Positions 1-8,111 of a stretch of 32,000 nucleotides of DNA are shown here, piece after piece. The stretch's first letter is position 1. Each line of letters starts with the position of its first letter. The stretch lies in assembly GCA_005954745.1 (NCBI GenBank), contig CP040681.1, positions 1-32,000 of the forward strand, given 5' to 3'. The notes under the pieces are model-generated. The model saw only the letters and a program-made list of their open reading frames with translations. It made no database searches and had not been told where the DNA came from. This stretch comes from Halostella pelagica. Its GTDB lineage: Archaea > Halobacteriota > Halobacteria > Halobacteriales > Natronoarchaeaceae. A program made the translations under genes and the position numbers.

Positions 1-271
1 CCCCGCGGTCCGACGGTACGCAGATGTTCTCTCTTGATCTGGTTTCTATGCGTTAGACGCTCGCGGCTCCTAAAGACGATTATGGACCGTAAGATATTCT
101 CGCGTATCAGCTCAGCTTCAACGATCTCACCCCGTCTGTTTCTGCAACTGTCACCGAAACGCCGGGAGAAATCCGAGGTTTGCTAAACTCGACTGAGGAC
201 CGCAGTATCGGAGAATTTACTAAGTGGAATATAACAAAGCGACTCTCACGGAGTGATGTTCGTGACTGCCT

Positions 272-460
272 ATGGCTTCGCAACCAGACGGATCGGGACG
301 GAATCGCGGATCGATCACGAACAGACAGTGCCGTAACTGCGGGGCATACGTCTCGAACCAGTTCGCTCGCGTGTTCGGCAACAATCAGAACAGAGTGTAC
401 GCGTGCCTCGATTGCTCGACGACTCGTGACCTCCGTGAAGGGGTTGCTACGGAGGGTTGA
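272..460 (+). CDS. small CPxCG-type zinc-finger protein (62 aa)
   Basis: ATG ORF with two Cys pairs (CRNCG ... CLDC) flanking FARVFGNNQNRVY, the pattern of small haloarchaeal zinc-finger proteins. An ATAACAAAG box lies 41 nt upstream. Confidence 0.6.
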   Translation: MASQPDGSGRNRGSITNRQCRNCGAYVSNQFARVFGNNQNRVYACLDCSTTRDLREGVATEG

Positions 461-745
461 TCCGTCGCATTCGTCGCAGCGTCGGTCCGTTCGCTCACAC
501 GACAGCTCTGCCAGCCGATGGCTCGCCACGGACGATGTGAGCACTCTGGGAACCAGTTACGAGGAGAACGCTGAGACCCAGCTACCGAGGAGAAAACCAA
601 CGCCGTCGGAAAATCCAAGCCGTAGGATCTTAATAACAATGCCCCAAGGACGGGTACCCCGGAGTAACCGCACTACTATGTCGAGTGTCGAGTATCGCCG
701 CGCGATGGACGAACTGTTCGGTCGGTGTAGACCGTACCAATCACT

Positions 746-1783
746 ATGAATTACGAGACATCGAAGCGCTCGTTCTGGGAGCAGTTTCTCACTGTGGCTC
801 GACAGGTTCCGGTCGACCTCTCAGTCGTCAATTTGTACGTGGTCGCGACCGCCCTGGTGATTACGGTGTTACCGGCAGACGCGACGACGGTGAGGCCGAT
901 CGTTGTCCTGCCTCTGATCGTATTCGTTCCGGGGTACGTCCTCGTTGCGTTCTTGTTCCCGAGACGACACAGTTTGCCCGAACGGTTCCGAACGTTTTCC
1001 GAGGAACGAGTGACAGACGAGACGGCCGGATACATCGATCTGGTGGAACGCGGTGCCCTCGGATTCGGGGTTAGCGTCGCGCTGGTCCCCATACTCGCTC
1101 TGGGAATCTCGGTGGCCGGGTTCGATCTGTCGACGCGGAACATCCTCGGAACGCTGGTCGCGTTCGCCGTTATCGGCTCCGTTCTGGCGGCGTTCCGCCG
1201 CTTTCGCGTCGCGCCGAAACAGCGGTTCACGCTCCCGGTTCGGCGCTGGTTCGTCGGTCTCCACGGAGCGCTGACCGGCGCTGGCTCGGTGACTGGAACC
1301 GTCCTGAACGTCGCACTGGTACTCAGCGTCATCATCGCGCTCGGCACGCTCGGTGGGGCAGTCACATCCCCCGCCGACGGCCAGGCGACCTCCGAGATAA
1401 CGCTACTGACTGAGAACGGCTCCGGCGATCTGGTTTCGGAGGGGTATCCGAGTCAGTTCACCTCCGGCGAGGAGCAGGATATGACGGTTCGAGTGGAAAA
1501 CAACGAACGCGAGGAAACGACGTACACGGTCGTGGTCGTCGTCCAGCGTGTCGATGTCACCGACGGCTCGGCGTCCGTCCTCGAACAGGAGGAGGTGACG
1601 CGACTGCAAAACACGGTCGGACAGAACGAGGTCTGGACGGAACGACACGCCGTCGCGCCGGAGATGATCGGGGAGGATCTGCGACTTCAGTATCTCCTCT
1701 ACAAGGACGGCGTGCCCGATGACCCCAGTCCTGAGAATGCGTACCGATCCGCGTACGTCTGGATCTCCGTCACGGAGAACTGA
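746..1783 (+). CDS. DUF1616-type membrane protein
   Basis: N-terminal TM helices with PLIVFVPGYVLVAFLFPRR, further TMs, then an acidic extracytoplasmic C-domain. This architecture is typical of DUF1616 proteins in archaeal glycosylation loci. Its stop overlaps the next start (TGATG at 1781-1785). Confidence 0.75.
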   Translation: MNYETSKRSFWEQFLTVARQVPVDLSVVNLYVVATALVITVLPADATTVRPIVVLPLIVFVPGYVLVAFLFPRRHSLPERFRTFSEERVTDETAGYIDLVERGALGFGVSVALVPILALGISVAGFDLSTRNILGTLVAFAVIGSVLAAFRRFRVAPKQRFTLPVRRWFVGLHGALTGAGSVTGTVLNVALVLSVIIALGTLGGAVTSPADGQATSEITLLTENGSGDLVSEGYPSQFTSGEEQDMTVRVENNEREETTYTVVVVVQRVDVTDGSASVLEQEEVTRLQNTVGQNEVWTERHAVAPEMIGEDLRLQYLLYKDGVPDDPSPENAYRSAYVWISVTEN

Positions 1784-2364
1784 TGTGGCCCTGGGAACAC
1801 CTCGCGGTGGGATACATCGCGTATTCGCTGTACACCCGTCGACGGTACGGGAGACCACCTGATGGACCGACATCGGTGCTGCTCGCAGTCGGTACGCAAC
1901 TCCCCGACCTCATAGACAAACCGCTCGCGTGGACGTTCGGCGTCTTACCGAACGGATCGTCTCTCGCACATTCGCTTACCTTCGTTGCGCTATTCGTCCC
2001 GACAGTGCTTCTGGTCGCTCGGCTCGCTGACGTTCCACGTTGGGGTGGCGCACTCGCGTTCGGACATGTCAGCCACCTGCCCGGCGATATGCTGTATCCT
2101 CTGGCGACCGACGGTGGAGTCGCTACCTCGTTTCTCCTTTGGCCGTTCGTCCCCGGCCGAGAAACTGCTCCTCGGGGGTTCCTCTTCGAGTTCGAGACGT
2201 ACTTCCTACAGTTCGTCCAGTTCCTCGGCACGCCGAGAGGACAGCTGTACCTCGTTCTGGAACTCGCGCTCGTAGCCGCCGGTCTGCTCGTCTGGAACAG
2301 AGACGGCAGGCCGGTGCTTACGGACGTTCTCGCCCCCGGATCTCATTCTCGTTCTGGAGACTGA
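1783..2364 (+). CDS. membrane-bound metal-dependent hydrolase (YdjM/DUF457-like)
   Basis: Hydrophobic 193-aa protein with conserved His/Asp positions (LAHSLTF, GHVSHLPGD). Coupled to the upstream gene by a 1-nt overlap. Confidence 0.6.
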   Translation: MWPWEHLAVGYIAYSLYTRRRYGRPPDGPTSVLLAVGTQLPDLIDKPLAWTFGVLPNGSSLAHSLTFVALFVPTVLLVARLADVPRWGGALAFGHVSHLPGDMLYPLATDGGVATSFLLWPFVPGRETAPRGFLFEFETYFLQFVQFLGTPRGQLYLVLELALVAAGLLVWNRDGRPVLTDVLAPGSHSRSGD

Positions 2365-2444
2365 CGTATTCGACTTCTTCGAGCGAGATCGCTGTGACCG
2401 AGATCAGAAGAGAACAGCCGTACCGATCGATCCTCCGATAGCCG

Positions 2445-3449
2445 CTACCGGATCTTCTGGTAGAGGTGGGCCATCTTGTTCATCACGGGCGTCCCGTTTT
2501 CGATGCTGTGGTACGCTTCGAGTTCCGGGCCGAACTTCGCTTTGTACCGGTTGATCCGCGGCGAGTCAGCGCCGACCAGGTCGTAGTACGCCCGGCCGCG
2601 CTCTATCGCGTCGCGCATGACGCGCCAGTCGAGCAGGTCGTTGGTCGCGATGTCGACGTCCGCATCGGTACGGACGCCACCCTGCCACCGGTACACTCGT
2701 TCGCCGTCGTCAAGGACGAGCATGCCGCCGACGAACGTCCCGTCCACGTACAGCGTGTACGGGCGTAACTGCCCATCCGGGAGGCGGTCGAACAGGTCGA
2801 TCACGAACGGCGTCGGCAGATGAAACGAGATGTCCTGTGCCTCGTACCGGTTCCGGACCTGTTCGAGGATCCGCTCTATCGCGGTGTGGCTCCCTTCTTC
2901 GATGACGTAGTCGGCGTCTTCCCCGTCCCGGATGTTGCTCCGCGCGTCGCTGCTGAACCGGCTTTTGACCGCCTCAGTCCCGTCTTCGAGGTCGACGAGG
3001 TACGTGTAATCGGGAGTCACATCGTGGTCGTTCCAGATGAACGGACGGAGGTCGTCGTACCGACTGTCTGTCCGGACGTGGGTGTATTTCGGACCGATAT
3101 CGTTCTCGATACGCTCCATGCACCCGTCGAGGAACCGCTTCAGACGGCGCTCGCGTTTGCGTTGTTTCAGTTTCTCCATGTTCAACACGGCCGGCCCGAG
3201 ATAGGGGACTCGTATCTCCGGCGGCGGCGAGAACGCCGTTGACACGGGTCCTTTCTTGATCTCGAACACCGGAAAGAGCCCCACAGCCTCCTGTCCTTTG
3301 AACCCAGCAAACCGATACAGGTTCGCGCTCGTGTACTCCGCCTGAACGTCGAGTGCGTCGAACTGGTGAAAGAGGTTCGTTCCGTCGGAACGGTCGACGT
3401 AACGGTCCCACTCCTCTGCGTCGTCGATAGTGCGAATTTCAATGCTCAT
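2445..3449 (-). CDS. FemAB-family / GNAT (PF13480-like) acyl- or aminoacyl-transferase, paralogue 1 (334 aa)
   Basis: C-terminal YYDLVGADSPRINRYKAKFGPE resembles the Y-D/N-F-G-G ... FK..FG signature of FemX/FemAB-like proteins, and YRWQGG is present. About one third identical by eye to the ORF at 13470-14474, with the same length. Confidence 0.7.
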   Translation of the reverse strand: MSIEIRTIDDAEEWDRYVDRSDGTNLFHQFDALDVQAEYTSANLYRFAGFKGQEAVGLFPVFEIKKGPVSTAFSPPPEIRVPYLGPAVLNMEKLKQRKRERRLKRFLDGCMERIENDIGPKYTHVRTDSRYDDLRPFIWNDHDVTPDYTYLVDLEDGTEAVKSRFSSDARSNIRDGEDADYVIEEGSHTAIERILEQVRNRYEAQDISFHLPTPFVIDLFDRLPDGQLRPYTLYVDGTFVGGMLVLDDGERVYRWQGGVRTDADVDIATNDLLDWRVMRDAIERGRAYYDLVGADSPRINRYKAKFGPELEAYHSIENGTPVMNKMAHLYQKIR

Positions 3450-3509
3450 GCGTACGTGCGAGTTTTGATAGTCATGCGGAAGTGCGGATGCGGACTTCGG
3501 TGTTCGGCC

Positions 3510-3590
3510 GCGAGTGTCGCGTGTCGTTGGTCGCGCGCGAGTCTAGCGTGCCGATTCTCATATGCGAGTCTAACGTACCAATGCTCGTGT
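3510..3590. repeat. 3 x 27 bp imperfect tandem repeat (GCGAGTSTMRCGTRYC...)
   Basis: Units at 3510-3536, 3537-3563 and 3564-3590. Units 2 and 3 match at 21/27 positions; units 1 and 2 at 17/27. Located 61-141 nt upstream of ATG 3449 (- strand) and just downstream of the stop at 3603. Confidence 0.8.
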
Positions 3591-3602
3591 CATCCCGGTC
3601 GG

Positions 3603-5225
3603 TCATTCGATGTACCCGAGGTTCGCGAGACGGTCCTCGACGCCGCCCTCGTCGGTCGTCGACCGCTGACGGTCGTATTCGGGATAGCTCCGTTCGCCGG
3701 ACGATTCGACGGCCGGGAGGACCGTTCCGTCCATTCGTTCGTCGGCCGCCACGCCCATCGTCGCGAGTACCGTCGGCGCTACGTCGAACAGGTGGGCGTC
3801 CGTCAGGTCGACTGTCTCGTCGATGTCCTCTCCGGCGACGGCGACGATACCGTCTCGCTTGTGGTTCCAGGGTTCGGTCGGTTCGCCGAATCTGGACCCG
3901 GAGAGGCGCGCCGAGAGGAAGTGGTCGAAATCGGACGGTACTGCTATCACGTCGGCCGCTTCGTCGGCATGTGGCCCGTGGAAGTACTCCTCGCGTCGTG
4001 CGACGTCCTCGAACACCGGTTCGCCGTCCGGCGTCCGGACGCCGGAGAGTCGGCGAACGAGGTCGTCGCGGACGGCCTCGTACTCCGACGGCGGGACGAT
4101 CCCCGCTGGTTCGCGTCCTTCGAGGTTGATCCGGACGCCGCACTCGATGCGGGAACGCATGTACGCCCGAGAGTCGGGGAAGTCGACCTGTTCCGTTCCG
4201 GCGCTGACGAGCGACGCGGGGACTCGTTTCGCGACGAAGTCGTCGAGGCCGACGAGTCCGAGCGCTTTCCCGATCCGCTGGCTCGTCACCCCGAACCGAG
4301 CCAGTCCGGTCATCACGTCTGCGAGCGCTCTCTCGTCCGGTTCCGTCTCCGTCTTCCCCGCTTTCAACTGTCCGTCGCGAACGGTCGCCCAGCTGGGCAT
4401 GCCTTCTCCGCCTTTGACCGCAGTCACGTCGCCGGACTCCCGTAGAAACTCGTTGACGCGGAACTCGTGACCGTGGTACCGACCCATTCCGTGGTCGCTT
4501 GCGACCACGACGGTGTCTGGGTCACAGTCGTCTAAGATCGCGCCTACCTGTTCGTCGACGGCCTCGTACACGGCGCGGACGGTTCTCTGGTCTCCCGGCT
4601 GGTCGTGGAAGACGGTGTCCGTGACCTGGAACTCCACGAAGCCGAACTCCGGGTCGAAGCGGTCGACTAGATATCGGAACGCTTCGCCGCGGGAGCGGGC
4701 GACGGACGCGTACTCCTCCCGCTGGGCCGTCTCCCCGTCTACGTCGTTCGGGTAGACGCGGTACGAGCCGATCTCCTCGCGGACGTCCGCTAACAGACCG
4801 GCCGGGTGACAGTTCGGGTCCTCGGGGGCCATGTATCCGGGAACGAGCGCCCCGTCGAACTCGCTCGGAGGATGCGTCACCGGAACGTTCACGACGACGC
4901 TGGATTGTCCGACCGAGTCGAGTAGCCGCCACAGCGGTCGTTCGTCGACGTGCGTCGCGTTGACGACCTCCCAGTCGTACCCGTCGAAGGTAAGAAAGTC
5001 GAACACCCCGTGTTTGCCGGGGTTCATTCCGGTGTACAGCGACGGCCAGGCACTGGCCGTCCACGGCGGGACCTGCGATTCGAGCGGCCCGCTCGCTCCG
5101 TCGTCCAGTAGCCCGGCGAGATTCGGCACGGCACCGTCCGCGACGAGGGGATCGAGGACGCCGTGACACGCCGCGTCGATGCCGATGAGAATCGTCTTCG
5201 GTCCAGTCGTTTCCCGACTCTCCAT
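3603..5225 (-). CDS. alkaline phosphatase superfamily protein (type I phosphodiesterase / nucleotide pyrophosphatase-like, COG3379 type)
   Basis: 540 aa. N-terminal ILIGIDAACHGVLDP, then PPWTASAWPSLYTGMNPGKHGVFDF and SDHGMG metal-site motifs. C-terminal tail RLANLGYIE. Confidence 0.85.
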   Translation of the reverse strand: MESRETTGPKTILIGIDAACHGVLDPLVADGAVPNLAGLLDDGASGPLESQVPPWTASAWPSLYTGMNPGKHGVFDFLTFDGYDWEVVNATHVDERPLWRLLDSVGQSSVVVNVPVTHPPSEFDGALVPGYMAPEDPNCHPAGLLADVREEIGSYRVYPNDVDGETAQREEYASVARSRGEAFRYLVDRFDPEFGFVEFQVTDTVFHDQPGDQRTVRAVYEAVDEQVGAILDDCDPDTVVVASDHGMGRYHGHEFRVNEFLRESGDVTAVKGGEGMPSWATVRDGQLKAGKTETEPDERALADVMTGLARFGVTSQRIGKALGLVGLDDFVAKRVPASLVSAGTEQVDFPDSRAYMRSRIECGVRINLEGREPAGIVPPSEYEAVRDDLVRRLSGVRTPDGEPVFEDVARREEYFHGPHADEAADVIAVPSDFDHFLSARLSGSRFGEPTEPWNHKRDGIVAVAGEDIDETVDLTDAHLFDVAPTVLATMGVAADERMDGTVLPAVESSGERSYPEYDRQRSTTDEGGVEDRLANLGYIE

Positions 5226-5249
5226 ATCGGTTCAGTGATGCGAATTTCC

Positions 5250-5258
5250 CTTTGTTAT
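5250..5258 (-). promoter_or_regulatory. TATA-like box ATAACAAAG
   Basis: Read on the - strand it starts 33 nt upstream of ATG 5225. Member of the recurrent WTWACAAWG set. Confidence 0.4.
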
Positions 5259-5507
5259 GCAGGGTATAGGGCTGGAAACCCGAGACACGGCGTCGAGTAC
5301 GGTGATACTACTGTCCGACTCCGAGAAATTCACGATCAGATCTGAGAACCTGTCCTGTCGATCTGGTCGCAGGGGACCGCTGTTCGTCTCGACGGTTCGT
5401 TCGTCAGACGAAACAGTCGTAGAGATAGGTCGATTGAAAACGGTGCACGTCGTCGATTATCGGTCGCCGACCCGTACGTCGGTCCGGCTTTCGGTAATCG
5501 CCTCGAT

Positions 5508-6059
5508 TCATCGATTCATGTTCACCAGGTCTGCGTCTATCTCTGGTTCGTGGTACCTGTTGTAAAGGTAGTTAGCGACGGCCGAGAGACCGAACGCGAC
5601 GATGATGGCGATGCCGGCGACGTACTCCGGAACCGCGGCGAAAACGGAGACGTCGAACGCGACGAGCGTGTACAGTACCGCGCCTGCGACCGCGACCGCG
5701 AGGTAGTACATCTGCCAGGGGAGCGTCTCCTCGTCGCTGCTGAGATAGCTTCCGAGCTCGTCCGCTCGGTCGGCCAACGTCACTATCCCACTGTCTTGAT
5801 CGTACTCGATGATGCCTGCTTCGTCTAGTTTCGGGATGTGCGTCTGATACAACGAGACGTACACCCGTTTTCGCTGTTGACTTGTGAGTTCCTCGACGTC
5901 CATGTCGTTCTCCCAGGCAGCGACTTCGTCCGCCAGTTCCCGCAGTTCGACTGGCGTCCCTTCCTGGCGCAAGTAGTACAGTACGAACCTGCGTCTAGGG
6001 CTGCTGAGGAGATCGAACACGACGTCCTGCGATAACGCGCTAGTGTCGGATTGAGACAT
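5508..6059 (-). CDS. membrane-tethered winged-HTH (ArsR-like, DUF7344-type) transcription regulator
   Basis: N-terminal VFDLLSSPRRRFVLYYLRQ ... RVYVSLYQTHIPKLDEAGIIEYD is the haloarchaeal wHTH pattern. Two predicted TM helices lie in the C-terminal half. Confidence 0.8.
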   Translation of the reverse strand: MSQSDTSALSQDVVFDLLSSPRRRFVLYYLRQEGTPVELRELADEVAAWENDMDVEELTSQQRKRVYVSLYQTHIPKLDEAGIIEYDQDSGIVTLADRADELGSYLSSDEETLPWQMYYLAVAVAGAVLYTLVAFDVSVFAAVPEYVAGIAIIVAFGLSAVANYLYNRYHEPEIDADLVNMNR

Positions 6060-6140
6060 TAATTGAACGCGGTTTGTCAGCTCTGGTATTGCTACCTGCC
6101 CGTACGTAGACTCCTAGAGCGAGGTATACCGGTATCACCA

Positions 6141-6149
6141 CTTTGTTAC
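6141..6149 (-). promoter_or_regulatory. GTAACAAAG box
   Basis: Same core as the other boxes but 90 nt upstream of ATG 6059, so the spacing is an outlier. Confidence 0.2.
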
Positions 6150-6290
6150 ATACCGGTTACAGTCAGGGTAACGATGTAATACTAGATATGCACACTCTGA
6201 CGGTGCCTACGGACCGAAAACGCCGGCGCTGGCGTGCTGTCTATCGGCCTGTTGGGTGAAGGTGTCTTATACTCTGGCTCAAGGGGCTGA

Positions 6291-6299
6291 ATAACAAAG
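6291..6299 (+). promoter_or_regulatory. TATA-like box ATAACAAAG
   Basis: Lies 41 nt upstream of ATG 6332 (44-codon uORF) and 160 nt upstream of the operon ATG 6451. Confidence 0.35.
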
Positions 6300-6438
6300 G
6301 CATCTGCATAATAAGCAGAGAGTAGCCTTTCATGCCGCTTGCACTGGGATACGGCTGGGGGACCACAACCCGGCATATACGAACAAAACGCACTGAACCG
6401 TCCATCGAGAGACCTCCATCCGAGGAGACCGCGACTCC

Positions 6439-6446
6439 GGAGGTGA
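6439..6446 (+). promoter_or_regulatory. Shine-Dalgarno GGAGGTGA
   Basis: 8-nt complement of the archaeal 16S 3' end, 4 nt before ATG 6451. Confidence 0.5.
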
Positions 6447-6450
6447 GTAC

Positions 6451-7035
6451 ATGGCAGAGCTCGTGACCGGCGACGGCACTGACGTCGACGAAGGTGCCAC
6501 AGTCGGCTACGAGTACGCCACTGACTGCGGACCGACGGTCCTGGGTGACGACTCCACAGTCCGACACGGATCGATACTGTACGGGGACGTTCGTGCGGGA
6601 GACGAGTTCGTCACGGGACACGGGGTCCTCGTCAGAGAAGAGTCGACGTTCGGCGACGACGTCGTCGTCGGGACCGACACGGTGATCGACGGTCGCGTCG
6701 ATGTCGGGTCTCACGTCAGTATTCAGACCGGCGTCTACGTCCCTCCGGAGAGCACTATCGGCGACAACGTGTTCCTCGGACCTCGGGCCGTGTTAACGAA
6801 CGACGCATACCCCGTCCGCCAGGAGGAGACACTCGACGGTCCGACTATCGAAGACGGCGTCTCCATCGGCGCGAACGCGACGATACTGCCGGGCGTCACC
6901 GTCGGCGCGGGGTCGTTTGTCGCCGCGGGTGCCGTCGTCGACCGCGACGTTCCTCCGGATACCCTGGCGATGGGCGTCCCAGCGGAGTTCGGGCCGCTAC
7001 CGGGCGTTCTCGAAGGTGGGAATCAGATAGCATGA
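6451..7035 (+). CDS. hexapeptide-repeat (left-handed beta-helix) N-acetyltransferase, WbpD-like
   Basis: Repeated [LIV]-G-x4 hexapeptides throughout (VGTDTVIDGRVDVGSHVSIQTGVYV...). ATGA overlap with the next gene. Confidence 0.85.
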   Translation: MAELVTGDGTDVDEGATVGYEYATDCGPTVLGDDSTVRHGSILYGDVRAGDEFVTGHGVLVREESTFGDDVVVGTDTVIDGRVDVGSHVSIQTGVYVPPESTIGDNVFLGPRAVLTNDAYPVRQEETLDGPTIEDGVSIGANATILPGVTVGAGSFVAAGAVVDRDVPPDTLAMGVPAEFGPLPGVLEGGNQIA

Positions 7036-8111
7036 GTGTCCCGATAGCTTCCCCGGACCTGGACGACGCGGAACGGAAACGCGTCGTCGAGGTCCTGGAG
7101 GACGGTCACCTCGCTGACGGTCCGCTCGTCCGGCAGTTCGAATCCGAGTTCGCCGAGTTCTGCGGCGCGGACCGCGGAGTCGCGACGTCGAACGGAACGA
7201 CGGCGCTACACGCCGCGTTTCGTGGGCTCGGCATCGGAGAGGGCGACCGCGTCATCACGACGCCGTTTTCGTTCGTCGCCAGCGCGAACGCGATCAGGTT
7301 CGCGGGCGCGGAACCGGTGTTCGCCGACATCGACCCGGAGACGTACAACCTCGACCCCCACGCGGTCGAAGAGATAGCAAGCGCGGGCGACGTCGACGCT
7401 ATCCTCGCCGTACATCTCTACGGCCTGCCCGCCGAGATGGACCACCTCCGAGATATCGCCGACGACCACGACCTCGCTCTGATCGAGGACGCCGCGCAGG
7501 CACACGACGGCGAGTACGACGGCGAACCGGTCGGTTCCCTCGGCGACGCCGCCTGCTTCTCGTTCTATCCGACGAAGAACATGACGACGGGCGAGGGCGG
7601 CATGATCACCACCGACCGCGATGAGGTCGCCGACCGCGCCGCGCGGTTCATCAATCACGGGCGCACGGACACGTACGAACACGCCGAGGTCGGACACAAC
7701 TTCCGGATGACGAGTATCGCGGCGGCCATCGGTCGCGCCCAACTGGAGAAACTCCCCGGCAACGTCGCGGACCGTCGCTCGAACGCGGCGCGGATCACCG
7801 AAGCAGTTCGCGATGCCCCGTCGCTGACCCCGCCGGCCGAACCGGACGGTCGGCGACACGCGTACCACCAGTACACGGTTCGATGCGAAGACCGCGAGGC
7901 GTTCCGGACACATCTAGAGAGCCGTGACGTGGCCACGAGCGTCTACTACCCTCGGCCGATTCACGACCAACCGGCGTACGCTGACGTGTCCGCCGACGCT
8001 CCGGAGGCCGAGCGAGCGAGCAATGAGGTGGTTTCGCTCCCGGTGCATCAGGGGCTCTCCCAGGACGACATCAGACAGATCACTGACTGCGTCAACACTT
8101 ATCATGACTAA
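7032..8111 (+). CDS. DegT/DnrJ/EryC1/StrS-family PLP aminotransferase, WbpE-like
   Basis: TSNGTTALH, DAAQAHD and SFYPTKNMTTGEGG (the PLP-lysine motif region), 359 aa. Confidence 0.9.
   Translation: MSVPIASPDLDDAERKRVVEVLEDGHLADGPLVRQFESEFAEFCGADRGVATSNGTTALHAAFRGLGIGEGDRVITTPFSFVASANAIRFAGAEPVFADIDPETYNLDPHAVEEIASAGDVDAILAVHLYGLPAEMDHLRDIADDHDLALIEDAAQAHDGEYDGEPVGSLGDAACFSFYPTKNMTTGEGGMITTDRDEVADRAARFINHGRTDTYEHAEVGHNFRMTSIAAAIGRAQLEKLPGNVADRRSNAARITEAVRDAPSLTPPAEPDGRRHAYHQYTVRCEDREAFRTHLESRDVATSVYYPRPIHDQPAYADVSADAPEAERASNEVVSLPVHQGLSQDDIRQITDCVNTYHD

Noticed and set aside
180-749. 189-aa + strand and 145-aa - strand ORFs (107-544) around the zinc-finger gene
   Set aside because: They are Arg/Ser-rich with no motifs and overlap the better-supported 62-aa zinc-finger ORF. 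Only the last 23 codons (678-749) are noted separately as a possible uORF.
3366-4445. Several 215-359 aa ORFs (3366-4445 +, 3472-4143 -, 3482-4129 +, 3823-4470 +, 4522-5169 -) overlapping the phosphodiesterase-like gene
   Set aside because: All are Arg/Ser/Pro-rich shadow frames of the 540-aa AP-superfamily ORF. The repeated peptide pattern in 3366-4445 only reflects the 27-bp DNA repeat.
6296-6330. Hairpin with a 5-bp stem and 7-nt loop resembling a tRNA anticodon arm
   Set aside because: No acceptor, D or T arms can be drawn around it. The implied anticodons (AAU or AUU) are not used by archaeal tRNAs. It is treated as a simple hairpin.
7924-8103. 60-codon N-terminal extension of the oxidoreductase ORF
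   Set aside because: It lies wholly inside the aminotransferase gene. The Rossmann GxGxxG motif begins right after the Met at 8104.
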